From Nitrospirota bacterium (GTDB taxonomy: Bacteria; Nitrospirota; Thermodesulfovibrionia; SZUA-242): a stretch of DNA of 53,174 nt. The notes under the pieces are model-generated. The model made no database searches, was not told where the DNA came from, and saw only the letters and a program-made list of their open reading frames with translations. A program made the translations under genes and the position numbers. Location of the stretch: positions 1 through 53,174 of the forward strand of contig QJVM01000236.1 of assembly GCA_003235715.1 (NCBI GenBank), written 5' to 3'. How positions within the stretch are numbered: position 1 is the first letter of the stretch; every line of letters begins with the position of its first letter. Positions 10,422-21,131 of this stretch are shown piece after piece.

Positions 10422-10474
10422 TTACAATATGTTGCGTCAAAATATCTAATGCAATGCATGATGGAGGTGTTTCA

Positions 10475-11077
10475 ATGCGTATGAGTGTCCTGGGAATTGC
10501 AGTTCTTGGCCTTGTTCTTCTGCCGGGAATCCTGATGGCCCTTGAGGTCAAGAACAAGACTTTCAGTAAGGAAGATATTGAGAAAATGAAGAAAACGAGG
10601 GCCGTCATCGAGACGAAATTCGGGAATATGGAGGTCGAGTTTTACCCGGAAAAGGCCCCGAATCATGTAAGCAGTTTCATCGAGCTGGCCAAAAGCGGGT
10701 TCTATGATGGCACGGCCTTTCATCGTGTCATTCCGGGGTTCATGATCCAGGGGGGCGACCCCAACTCCAAGGATGACAACCGTGCCAACGACGGCGTGGG
10801 AGGGCCCGGCTTCAATTTGAAGGCGGAATTCAACGACACGCGTCACACGCGAGGCATCCTTTCGATGGCCCGTTCCCAGCATCCGGACAGCGCGGGCTCC
10901 CAGTTTTTCATCTGTGTGGCCGATGCCCCCCATCTGGATCGACAGTACACGGCCTTCGGAAAAGTCATATCGGGGATGGAGGTGGCCGACAAGATTGTGA
11001 GCCAGCCCCGTGACCGAAGGGACAATCCCAAAGAAAAGATCGATATGAAGATCAAAATTGTGGAGTCGGCCAATTAG
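10475..11077 (+). CDS. Cyclophilin-type peptidyl-prolyl isomerase with signal peptide
   Basis: FYDGTAFHRVIPGFMIQGGDP, SMAR...SAGSQFFI, YTAFGKV; GGAGG RBS before ATG 10475. Confidence 0.93.
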   Translation: MRMSVLGIAVLGLVLLPGILMALEVKNKTFSKEDIEKMKKTRAVIETKFGNMEVEFYPEKAPNHVSSFIELAKSGFYDGTAFHRVIPGFMIQGGDPNSKDDNRANDGVGGPGFNLKAEFNDTRHTRGILSMARSQHPDSAGSQFFICVADAPHLDRQYTAFGKVISGMEVADKIVSQPRDRRDNPKEKIDMKIKIVESAN

Positions 11078-11122
11078 ATTCGAGGGGACCATGTTCCGGT
11101 AGCCGGTTCGGGGAAGGCACGA

Positions 11123-11449
11123 GTGGGCCGGTTACTGATCCTGAACCTTGCCGCGGGCCTTCTCGGGGCGTATCTGGCGTCCCATAAGGGGAGGAATACG
11201 CTCGGGTGGGGATTGGTCTGTTTCCTTCTTCCGGTGGCCGTTGTCGTGGTGGCGTTCCTCCCAACCGTGCCCAGGCCGGGACTGTTTACGCGTTGCCCGG
11301 GATGCGGGCGACCCATGCCCGCCGGGGCCGGTGTCTGCGAGCATTGCGGCACGAGCCGGCCCATCGACATGGTTCAATGTCCCCATTGCCATACGGTGGT
11401 CCCTGCAGGTCCTGTCTGCGCGCAGTGTAATCGCAGTCTAAAGGGCTGA
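11123..11449 (+). CDS. Small membrane protein with tandem zinc ribbons
   Basis: Two TM segments followed by four CxxC pairs (CPGC, CEHC, CPHC, CAQC); stop overlaps the bioB start (TGATG). Confidence 0.75.
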   Translation: MGRLLILNLAAGLLGAYLASHKGRNTLGWGLVCFLLPVAVVVVAFLPTVPRPGLFTRCPGCGRPMPAGAGVCEHCGTSRPIDMVQCPHCHTVVPAGPVCAQCNRSLKG

Positions 11450-12399
11450 TGTCTTCCCTATCCTTTCCCAGGATTGCCTCGCACGCAGAGGCCCGTGCGC
11501 TGCTGGAAATTCCCGAGGAGACGCTTCACGGGTATGCCCGAGCGGCCGGTCATGCCTGTTCAGGGACGGAACTGGACCTGTGTTCGATCATCAACGTGAA
11601 ATCCGGAGGCTGTACAGAGGACTGTGCCTACTGCGCTCAGTCGGCCAGACACCAGACCGATTCCAAGGTTTACCCGCTTGTCGACAAGGATAGAGTAACG
11701 ACCGCCTGTTTATCTTCGAGGGCGGTGGGCGCCGGAAGGTTCTGCATCGTTACGAGTGGGCGGGGGATCAGGGAGCGTGAACTGGGACGCCTGTCAGACA
11801 TGGTGTCGGCTGTCTCGGAAACGGGGTTGCTTCCCTGTGCCACGCTCGGGTTGTCTTCCGCGGCTGACCTGGTTCGATTGAAGGAGGCCGGGCTTCATCG
11901 TTATCACCACAACCTTGAAACTTCAGAACATTTCTTTGGAACGGTTTGTACGACGCACAGCTACCGGGAGCGCGTTGAGACGGTGGCCAGGGCCAAATCT
12001 TCTGGACTCTCCGTCTGTTCCGGAGGGATATTCGGCATGGGGGAGACCTGGAAGGACCGGATTGACCTTGCCTTTGCGCTGAGGGACCTGGACGTGGATT
12101 CGGTTCCCATCAATTTCCTGGTTCCGGTTCCGGGGACGCGCATGGCCAGTCGCCCGCTCCTGGACAGGAAGGAGGCCCTTCGCATAGTGGCGTTGTTCCG
12201 CCTGGTACTGCCGGAAAAGGAAATACGGATTTGCGGCGGCCGGAACGTCGTATTCCCCCGTGATCCGGAGACCCTTCTTTCCGTCGGCGCGAACGGATTT
12301 CTGATAGGAAACTATCTCACCACGCTTGGGCGGGACCCGGAGGACGATATGGCAATGATTCGTGAAGGAGGTTACCGGGTCAGGCGACATGTCCCGTAA
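11449..12399 (+). CDS. bioB: Biotin synthase
   Basis: CTEDCAYC, FCIV, CATLG, YHHNLET, CSGG, VPINFL, RICGGR, GNYLTT. Confidence 0.95.
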   Translation: MSSLSFPRIASHAEARALLEIPEETLHGYARAAGHACSGTELDLCSIINVKSGGCTEDCAYCAQSARHQTDSKVYPLVDKDRVTTACLSSRAVGAGRFCIVTSGRGIRERELGRLSDMVSAVSETGLLPCATLGLSSAADLVRLKEAGLHRYHHNLETSEHFFGTVCTTHSYRERVETVARAKSSGLSVCSGGIFGMGETWKDRIDLAFALRDLDVDSVPINFLVPVPGTRMASRPLLDRKEALRIVALFRLVLPEKEIRICGGRNVVFPRDPETLLSVGANGFLIGNYLTTLGRDPEDDMAMIREGGYRVRRHVP

Positions 12400-13192
12400 C
12401 TCGCGTCTTCTGAGTGTGCGTATGCGTGCCTCACGGGACGGACGTCACGTTTCCGGTGCGGAGGGTCTCTATTCGGAGCCGCTGGCGGTTCGCATGGTCG
12501 GGCGGTATGCGGAACGGGCCTTGACACACGGTTTGGGCCGGCCTGACGAGGTCGTGATTACCCTGGAAGCGCTGGAGGTCAAACCCGAAGAGATTCCCGC
12601 ACTCCGGGTAACCACCCTCCAGAACGAAGAGCCGCGTCGGGGCCGGCAGATGGCCGAACGTCTCCTGGCGGGTTGTGGCATCGGCACCCAGGGGATGAGA
12701 ACGGCATGGAACTTTATCGGGCGGCGCCATGGGTTGCGGGGCGGGATTCTTCTGGATACGGAAGGGGTACGGCTGGACCCGAACCTTGAACGCGGTGTCC
12801 GGGTGTCCCGGATGGGGATATCCAGACGTGCGGAAAGGGACCTTTCCAGGATGCTGGCGGCTTTCGATTGGGACCATCAAACCGTGCGAGAGGCCCTTGT
12901 TCTGGCCAGCAAGGTTCATGCTCACCCCAAGGTGGTGGCGGAACTGTGCGTATCTGACGACCCGGATTATACGACCGGGTATGTTGCATCGCGCCGTTTG
13001 GGCTACGTTCGCATTCCTCACCTCAAGAAGGAAGGAAGCCGGCGGGGAGGCCGGGCCTTCTTCATCGGGGTGACGGATGTGCCCGGCGTCCTGGAGTACC
13101 TTGAGCGCACACCCGTCATCGTGACGTCGCTGAAGGGATGTCTGGGCCTTTTGACCGAAGACGCGATTCCGGATCTCTTTACTGAAGGGTGA
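12389..13192 (+). CDS. bioW: 6-carboxyhexanoate--CoA ligase
   Basis: SVRMRAS..G.HVSGAEG, REALVLASKV, ELCVSDDPDYTTGYVA, GGRAFF. Confidence 0.92.
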   Translation: MSRNSRLLSVRMRASRDGRHVSGAEGLYSEPLAVRMVGRYAERALTHGLGRPDEVVITLEALEVKPEEIPALRVTTLQNEEPRRGRQMAERLLAGCGIGTQGMRTAWNFIGRRHGLRGGILLDTEGVRLDPNLERGVRVSRMGISRRAERDLSRMLAAFDWDHQTVREALVLASKVHAHPKVVAELCVSDDPDYTTGYVASRRLGYVRIPHLKKEGSRRGGRAFFIGVTDVPGVLEYLERTPVIVTSLKGCLGLLTEDAIPDLFTEG

Positions 13193-13362
13193 CCGGGTAG
13201 CAGGCCTCTTATGCTCGGCCTGTGGGGAAGATCGGATGGTCCCCATCCGCGTTCGGGCCAGCTATGGGAACCGGAACCGGAGTTTTGCTTTGCTCGAGGC
13301 GCTTCAGAGCCTCCCAAGGAAGAGGTGGATGCGCAGGCGTCCCGCACGGGTTGGAGGTTAGG

Positions 13363-14502
13363 TTGGATTTCGGGAAACGTCTTCAAGAGCTGGAGGAGCG
13401 CGGGCTTCGACGTGAGACCTGGCCTGTGGATTCCTGTCAGGGTGCGCTGATCTCCATTCAAGGTCGGCCCTTCATCAATTTTGCGTCAAACAATTATCTT
13501 GGTCTGGCACAGCGCGGGGAAGTCCGCGAGGCGGCAGAGCAGGCGATCCGAGATTTCGGGTGGGGTTCGGGGGCTTCGCGGCTGATGTCCGGCACGCACA
13601 GGCTGCACGAGGAACTCGAGGCCCGACTCGCAACCCTCAAGAGGACCGAGGCGGCGCTTCTGTTTCCCTCAGGCTATGCCGCGAACGTCGGCGCTTTGCC
13701 GGCGCTTTCGGACGAAAGGACGAGAATTCTGAGTGACGAACTCAACCACGCAAGCCTGATCGACGGGATACGCCTTGCCCGGGGGGAGGTCACGATATAC
13801 CCCCATGCGGATACGGAGGCTTTGGAAGCCGCGCTCGCGCAACAGGAGGATAAAGCCCTGGTGGTGAGCGACGGGGTTTTCAGTATGGATGGGGACGTGG
13901 CGCCGCTTCGCGAGATGGTCACCGCTGTGGAGCGGCAGGGCGGGGTTCTGTACTTGGATGATGCCCATGGAACCGGCGTACTCGGGACAGAAGGTCGGGG
14001 AACCTCGGAACATTTCGGGGTCAGTTCAGCATCGCTTCTCCAGATGGGAACCTTGTCCAAGGCTCTAGGAGGGATCGGAGGTTTCATAGCGGGTGACCGG
14101 GATGTTATAGCGTATCTGAGAAGCCGTGCCAGAAGCTTCATTTTCAGTACGGCCCTTCCGGCCCCTGCCTGCGCCGCAGGAATCGCGGCCCTAGAGATAC
14201 TGGAGCGGGAAGGGGGGCATCTGCGCGACAGACTGGACCGTCTTTGCCGTTACCTGGCCGTGGGCTTGGAGAGGCTGGGCCTCGTGGCGGACCCGATGAC
14301 GCCTATCTTTCCGGTTCATGCAGGCTCTGTGGAACGGTGCGTGCGGGTTTCGGCGGAACTGCGGAATCAGGGGATCTTCGGTCCCGCGATACGGCCCCCA
14401 ACGGTGCCTGCGGAGGCCTGCCGGATCCGAATCTCCCTTACGGCCGACCATGAGGCCTCACACGTGGACCGCCTTCTGGACGTCCTGGGAATGGTACTTT
14501 GA
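13363..14502 (+). CDS. bioF: 8-amino-7-oxononanoate synthase
   Basis: SNNYLGL, GSGASRL, SGYAAN, NHASLIDG, VFSMDGD, DDAHG, GTLSKA (PLP Lys), IRPPTVP; GGAGG RBS precedes TTG at 13363. Confidence 0.94.
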   Translation: MDFGKRLQELEERGLRRETWPVDSCQGALISIQGRPFINFASNNYLGLAQRGEVREAAEQAIRDFGWGSGASRLMSGTHRLHEELEARLATLKRTEAALLFPSGYAANVGALPALSDERTRILSDELNHASLIDGIRLARGEVTIYPHADTEALEAALAQQEDKALVVSDGVFSMDGDVAPLREMVTAVERQGGVLYLDDAHGTGVLGTEGRGTSEHFGVSSASLLQMGTLSKALGGIGGFIAGDRDVIAYLRSRARSFIFSTALPAPACAAGIAALEILEREGGHLRDRLDRLCRYLAVGLERLGLVADPMTPIFPVHAGSVERCVRVSAELRNQGIFGPAIRPPTVPAEACRIRISLTADHEASHVDRLLDVLGMVL

Positions 14503-15218
14503 ACGGCACTGCCCTGATTACCGGCGCAAGCGGAGGACTGGGCTCGGCCGTGGCATTGGAACTTGCGAGCAGAAAATACCGGTTGGCGGTTCACTACCAC
14601 ACGGGGCGAAACCGAATTGAGCAGGTGACTTCCAGACTTGAAGCGGAAACCCTCACCTGCCAGGCGGACCTGCAGGACAAGGCCTCCATTGAGGCGATGT
14701 TCTCCAAGGTGGCGGCGTGGGCGGCGGGACGACTGGACATGGTTGTCCACTGTGCCGGCGTGACGCGGGAGGCTTTGACGGCCAGGGTTTCAGATGCGGA
14801 ATTTGACCGGATTGTCGGGATCAATCTCCGGGGAGCCTTTGAAGTGGTCCGGCTTTCCGCCGCCATCATGGCACCACAGGGGAAGGGCCAGATCATACTG
14901 ATATCGTCGCGGGCTGCCCTAAAGGGAGGTGAGGGGCTCTCGGCCTATGGAGCGTCCAAGGCAGGGGTTTGTGGTCTGGGCCTGTCTGCGGCCCGGGAAC
15001 TTGGGGCCGCAGGGATTCGCGTGAACGTGGTTCTCCCCGGTTTTATTATGTCGGACATGGGAAAGTCCGCTTCTGAAGGTGCGAAAACCAAGGCCAGGAG
15101 GGAACACCTGCTGGAAAGGTTTGGGTCACCGGACGACGTGGCCTCCTTTATCGCGTGGCTCGCCGGGGCGGAGGCCGTGACGGGGCAGGTTTTCAACATC
15201 GATGGCCGACCGGTCTGA
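14499..15218 (+). CDS. FabG-like short-chain dehydrogenase/reductase
   Basis: TGASGGLG, YGASK, VTGQVFNIDG; overlaps both bioF and bioD. Confidence 0.88.
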   Translation: MNGTALITGASGGLGSAVALELASRKYRLAVHYHTGRNRIEQVTSRLEAETLTCQADLQDKASIEAMFSKVAAWAAGRLDMVVHCAGVTREALTARVSDAEFDRIVGINLRGAFEVVRLSAAIMAPQGKGQIILISSRAALKGGEGLSAYGASKAGVCGLGLSAARELGAAGIRVNVVLPGFIMSDMGKSASEGAKTKARREHLLERFGSPDDVASFIAWLAGAEAVTGQVFNIDGRPV

Positions 15219-15951
15219 AAGCAAGGGCGCAAGACCAGGCCGCGGGCTTTTCATTGCCGGCACGGATACCGGGGTCGGAAAAACCGTGGCGGCGGCCTCC
15301 ATCGCCCTGGGGCTTGAGTCTCTGGGGAGAGGTCCGGTTTGTGTCATGAAGCCCATCGAGACCGGCTGTCGGATGCGGGGAGGGCGACTTATCGCCAGCG
15401 ATGCGGAGTTTCACAGAAAAATGCTGGACTCATCTGAACCCGGGGAACTTCTCTGTCCGGTTAGGCTGCGGCCACCGGTTGCCCCGGTGACGGCGGCGAA
15501 GATGGAGAAACGACGTATCGGTCAGGAGGACTGGCGTCCCTCCTTCGACGCCCTGGTCGGTCGGCACGCCTTTGTGATCGTTGAAGGTGCGGGCGGAGTG
15601 ATGGTTCCCGTTCGGGAGGACTACCTGATTTCGGATATGATTTCCGAACTTGAAATCCCATGCGTAGTCGTGGCGAGAACTTCGCTGGGCACGATAAATC
15701 ATACGCTGCTCACGGTGGAACATCTTCTCACAAAAGGGATCCCCGTTTTGGGGTTGGTTTTCAACCGTACGGGTACGGCTACGAAGCCCGGGATTGCTGA
15801 ACGGACAGGCCCCGGACTGGTTTCAAGGATCGCACGGATTCCCGTTCTGGGGATTATCCCGGGGATGCCCTCTATTACGCGGAACGCCTTGCGGAGGACA
15901 GGGAAGCGTATTTCCGAGAACCTGATTTCCGTCCTGGAGGCCCCTCGGTGA
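15202..15951 (+). CDS. bioD: Dethiobiotin synthetase
   Basis: GTDTGVGKT, MKPIETG, VEGAGG, LGTINHT. Confidence 0.95.
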   Translation: MADRSESKGARPGRGLFIAGTDTGVGKTVAAASIALGLESLGRGPVCVMKPIETGCRMRGGRLIASDAEFHRKMLDSSEPGELLCPVRLRPPVAPVTAAKMEKRRIGQEDWRPSFDALVGRHAFVIVEGAGGVMVPVREDYLISDMISELEIPCVVVARTSLGTINHTLLTVEHLLTKGIPVLGLVFNRTGTATKPGIAERTGPGLVSRIARIPVLGIIPGMPSITRNALRRTGKRISENLISVLEAPR

Positions 15952-16340
15952 CTCAAGACTCGGGACGGATGGGCGGGATAATCCTGAGAACGCTGGTGAC
16001 CGTCTGGACCCTTTTTATTTTGTTTTTGTCCGTCTGGCCGTTTTCGTCTACGCCGGATGTCGAGGGGTCGGATAAGATCGTCCACTTCCTTATGTACGCT
16101 GTTACGACCCTGGTCTATATGAGGGCCGGCCTCGGATGGTTCAGATCCATCCTGTTGAGCAGCATCCTTGGATTGGCTATGGAAATCCTTCAGACAGGTT
16201 TGCCCTGGCGAAGCTTCTCGGTGGGAGACATTCTTGCGAATCTGGCCGGTGTGGCCCTGGCCGGTGGATGGGTCCGTTCCGGCCTGCCCGTTCCATGGGT
16301 TGTCCGTGGCCCGATGGGTCGTGGCCACAGGGAGGGCTAA
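15948..16340 (+). CDS. VanZ-family membrane protein
   Basis: DKIVHFLMY, EILQ...PWRSFS.GD..AN..G. Confidence 0.82.
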   Translation: MTQDSGRMGGIILRTLVTVWTLFILFLSVWPFSSTPDVEGSDKIVHFLMYAVTTLVYMRAGLGWFRSILLSSILGLAMEILQTGLPWRSFSVGDILANLAGVALAGGWVRSGLPVPWVVRGPMGRGHREG

Positions 16341-17323
16341 CCAGCCTCCGGTGACGAACCCCGGAGTCGACCCACCGCCTTTTCCAGTTCGATAAGGCGC
16401 AGTTCCTTGGCCACCGAGGCATCGTAGAAGTCTTCCAGTTCCTTGACCTTTCGGCTGACCTCTTCCTCCAGTTTGACGCGTTCCGTTACGTCCCGGATCA
16501 GTTGCACCATGGACGTGATGTTCCCTTCGGAGTCCCTGACCGGTGAGGCGATGACTTCCAGGACATGGCCGGCGCAGGTGACCGTGTGCTGATATGTGGT
16601 CTGCGCGGACTGAGCCTCATCAAAAATGCGGGGAAAAGGGCAAACCGCGGTTGCCGGGCCGCAGGGTCTCCCAAGACCATGGAGAAGTTCGTGACATTTT
16701 CTTCCGACGATTTCCTCTCTGGAGAGGTTGAACAGGGTACAGGCCGCATAGTTGGCGTCCCGCACTGTGTAATCCCGGTCAATAACCAGCAGGCCCTCTG
16801 CCATGCTGTTGAGGACGGTCTCGAGAAAGGTCCGGGTCTTTTCGAGCTCGGCCACCTTCTCTTCAAGCTTGAGGACCATGCGCTCGCTGTGAAGCTTGAG
16901 GAACGAAGGCTCCTCAAGCGATGAAGGGGCCGCGTCCGGCAGCGGGAGAGGCTCTTCATCTTCAAGAAGTTCCTTTATGATTTCGAGAATCTTCCGGGGA
17001 TTCTGGGGTTTCTGGATAAACCGCGTGGCCCCCAGCTCATAGGCGAAGTCCACGTCCTTGGGCGACGTAAAAGCGGCCGAGTAGAAAATGAAAGGAGTCT
17101 TGGACTGCTCGGGGTCCGTGCGTACGTTCCGGCAGAACTGATAACCGTCTCCCGAGGGCATCATGATGTCCGAGATGATCAGATCGGGCCGATGCTGGCG
17201 GGTCAGCTCGTAGGCTTCGTCGCCCGTGGAGGCTTCGATCGTTTCATAGCCGCTGATCCGGAGCATCTTGACGAGCACGCCTCGGGCCATGTCGTTGTCG
17301 TCAACCAGAAGGACCTTTTTCAC
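16337..17323 (-). CDS. Response regulator, REC + PAS + coiled coil with no enzymatic or DNA-binding output (alternative start 17377)
   Basis: REC motifs LLVDD, SDIMMP, YSA, KP; PAS with GRKCHELLHG..C..CP. Confidence 0.85.
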   Translation of the reverse strand: MKKVLLVDDNDMARGVLVKMLRISGYETIEASTGDEAYELTRQHRPDLIISDIMMPSGDGYQFCRNVRTDPEQSKTPFIFYSAAFTSPKDVDFAYELGATRFIQKPQNPRKILEIIKELLEDEEPLPLPDAAPSSLEEPSFLKLHSERMVLKLEEKVAELEKTRTFLETVLNSMAEGLLVIDRDYTVRDANYAACTLFNLSREEIVGRKCHELLHGLGRPCGPATAVCPFPRIFDEAQSAQTTYQHTVTCAGHVLEVIASPVRDSEGNITSMVQLIRDVTERVKLEEEVSRKVKELEDFYDASVAKELRLIELEKAVGRLRGSSPEAG

Positions 17324-17435
17324 AAGCTTCCTGACAAGGGGGTAAGTTTTCGGGAGGCGATATTTCGTGCCCCTCAATTCCCAACTCTATTTAATATCAG
17401 ATTATATACGGACTGTCATCCGCCATATCCGTCGC

Positions 17436-17467
17436 AAAAGAAAGGGGGACGATCCTTTCGTCCCCCT
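17436..17467 (-). terminator. Rho-independent terminator downstream of acsB
   Basis: Perfect 10-bp stem AGGGGGACGA/TCGTCCCCCT (17443-17467) followed on the minus strand by TTCTTTT. Confidence 0.85.
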
Positions 17468-17516
17468 GTAACCGTTGCATACTGGGCGCAGGGATGGCCC
17501 CCGCACCTGGAAAAAC

Positions 17517-19715
17517 CTAAATCATCGGGTCCATGGAGAGCGCCGGATGCCCAACCGAACTCAAAAACTCGAGCAGTTTCTCGGAATCCTGCGCAATGGT
17601 TTCGTCCGCGATCTTGTCGAGAAGATCCGGCACACCTTCCTGTGCCGCTCTTTCTTCAAGTGCTTCCTTCAGGCTCTCCTTGAGCGCCTTGGTCATCCAA
17701 ACCACCCGTTTAAAGCCTCCGTCGCCAAACAGGAATTTCCTGCTCGTAATAAAGTTTCTGCCGATGCCCATGAATCCGGGAGTCTGCAGGCCTCCGCCGA
17801 CGGTGCCGGCAAGGGTGGAGAACTTCATGCCGATGGGTGTCATTTCCGCGTGCCCCCGGTTAACCAGCATGACTCCGTTGGCTTCCGGAAGGATGGCACA
17901 GATCACCTCAAAACATCCGCATGAAGTCATGGGATTGTCCATGATGGTGTAGGCGTTCATGGTGGCCACGGCCCCGCCGGTGGACTGGCTGAGGTAGTCA
18001 TCGACACCGCTCCAGCGTCCCTTCTGTGCATCAAGTACATCCCCCTTAACGATGGGCTGGTTGCCGCCCGTGGGGTCGATTTCGTACGCGGCCTTACCGT
18101 CCAGCCAGTTGTAAGCGCCGCAGAGACCGAGCCGCTCCGGCGTGATCACGCAGGCGTGGCTTGGCGCGAAAGACTGACAAAGCAGGCAGGAGTAAAAGGT
18201 ATCCACGGATTCATCGGTAAGGCTTCCCACGCGGGCATCCCTCTCCTTGTACGAGGCGCGAGCCTCCTCCTGTACGCGCGTCACATCCTCTTCATCCACG
18301 AACAGGGTGACCTGAACCTTGTCGACGATAGCCTTGAAACGGCTTCGGGTCATGGCGGTCTGAATAACTCCGAGGTGTTCCAGGGTGAAGCCGTCTTTCT
18401 TGGCATTGATGCTGATCCGGACCCAGTTGATGTCTCGCTGGCCCATATGCCATATGCCCTGGGCTTCATTGATGTTATGGTGGATCTTCCGTTCAATTAC
18501 GGATTCGAAGTCCTTCTGCATCTTGCGGCCGGCCACTTCGATGAGGATGCCCAGAGGCATCTTGCCCCCGGCCTCGAAACGCTTTTCCCAGTCCTTTCCC
18601 ACCACGATGACCTTGCCGTCCTCGATATCTTCGAGTTCCCTCATCCGGACCCATTCGAAAGCGGGCGTGCGCTGCCCGCCAAATTCGATAAACATGTCTT
18701 CCTTGCGGATGCGTTCGCCTTCAAAGGCCGGTCCGTAGGCCACCGGGATGGGCGGCTTCTCCACCGTGATCTTCAGGCCGCGGACCTCGATGCCCTTCTG
18801 GACAATCTTGTCGTGGTCGAATTCCTTGTCCACTTCTTCATACGTGCAGACGCCTGTCGGATGGATAACCGGAACGTCGGTATCGCAAACGGCAGGGAAG
18901 CCCATGTTGATGGCTCCGGCGCCGGTGGCCCATTTCATGTCGTCCATCGGACCCAGGGCCAGCGCGAAGGCAAACACCCGGTCCTTTTCATATTTCAAAA
19001 TGTTTCTGAAATCGCCCGGCTTCATCCCACCGAAGATCATGGCTGCGCGAACAGCCCAGTCCAGCGCGTACAGGGTGTGTTCGGTCAGGGGCCCGAGGGG
19101 AACAATACGCGTATCCCAACCCAGCTGGATCCCCCGCCGGAGAAGCTGTTTGGTTACGGATTCTCCGTTGGATTCTCCGGAAAGGAAGGTCAGGATGTTT
19201 TTCTCCTGAAGCTCCTTGACGATCTTCTCCGCAATCTCATCGGTCGGGGCCGCCCCAATGATGGCCGCGAAGCCGGGCATGGTCCCGTCCACGAGCTGGA
19301 TTCCAAGGTTGCGCTGGATGGTGTCGGTAATGTAACCGTTGTAGGTCAAATTGAGTTCAGGGTCGTGAACCGGTTCCTGCCCGGCGATATAACGAAGCGC
19401 CAGCCACACTTCCTGGGCAAACAGCGTAGCCATGCCGCCGTCCAGGGCCTCCCCCAGGTATGGAACCCAAAGCTGGTCGGCCGGTTCCTCGGAAAGGAGT
19501 TCCCGGGCGAAGCGAAGGCCTTCCCGCATCTGGCCCAGGGTCCGGATGTCGTACCCCGTCATCGCCTGGATCATCGGAAGACCGAAAGCCGTATCCGGGA
19601 ACTCGAATTTGAGATCCTCGCCCTTCTCGGCGATCGTATTCTCCAGAAGGTCCTCGGCGCGCTTGACCATTTCGTTGGACGCCCGGATGACGGCGGATGC
19701 AATGATTTTGGACAT
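17517..19715 (-). CDS. acsB: Acetyl-CoA synthase subunit of CODH/ACS (bacterial type)
   Basis: FPDTAF.LP, GPAFEGERIR, A-cluster ligands CLLCQSFAPSHAC...LCG and PMTSCGCFE, GGGLQTPGFMG; GGAGG RBS. Confidence 0.95.
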   Translation of the reverse strand: MSKIIASAVIRASNEMVKRAEDLLENTIAEKGEDLKFEFPDTAFGLPMIQAMTGYDIRTLGQMREGLRFARELLSEEPADQLWVPYLGEALDGGMATLFAQEVWLALRYIAGQEPVHDPELNLTYNGYITDTIQRNLGIQLVDGTMPGFAAIIGAAPTDEIAEKIVKELQEKNILTFLSGESNGESVTKQLLRRGIQLGWDTRIVPLGPLTEHTLYALDWAVRAAMIFGGMKPGDFRNILKYEKDRVFAFALALGPMDDMKWATGAGAINMGFPAVCDTDVPVIHPTGVCTYEEVDKEFDHDKIVQKGIEVRGLKITVEKPPIPVAYGPAFEGERIRKEDMFIEFGGQRTPAFEWVRMRELEDIEDGKVIVVGKDWEKRFEAGGKMPLGILIEVAGRKMQKDFESVIERKIHHNINEAQGIWHMGQRDINWVRISINAKKDGFTLEHLGVIQTAMTRSRFKAIVDKVQVTLFVDEEDVTRVQEEARASYKERDARVGSLTDESVDTFYSCLLCQSFAPSHACVITPERLGLCGAYNWLDGKAAYEIDPTGGNQPIVKGDVLDAQKGRWSGVDDYLSQSTGGAVATMNAYTIMDNPMTSCGCFEVICAILPEANGVMLVNRGHAEMTPIGMKFSTLAGTVGGGLQTPGFMGIGRNFITSRKFLFGDGGFKRVVWMTKALKESLKEALEERAAQEGVPDLLDKIADETIAQDSEKLLEFLSSVGHPALSMDPMI

Positions 19716-19742
19716 CGGGTAAATCCTCCTCGTTAAGGGTAA

Positions 19743-21131
<1,389 letters not shown>

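Noticed and set aside
13222-13362. N-terminal extension of BioF and the overlapping ORF 13211-13450
   Set aside because: The RBS supports TTG at 13363, and neither sequence has recognisable features.
18156-19736. 526-aa plus-strand ORF
   Set aside because: Antisense shadow of acsB.
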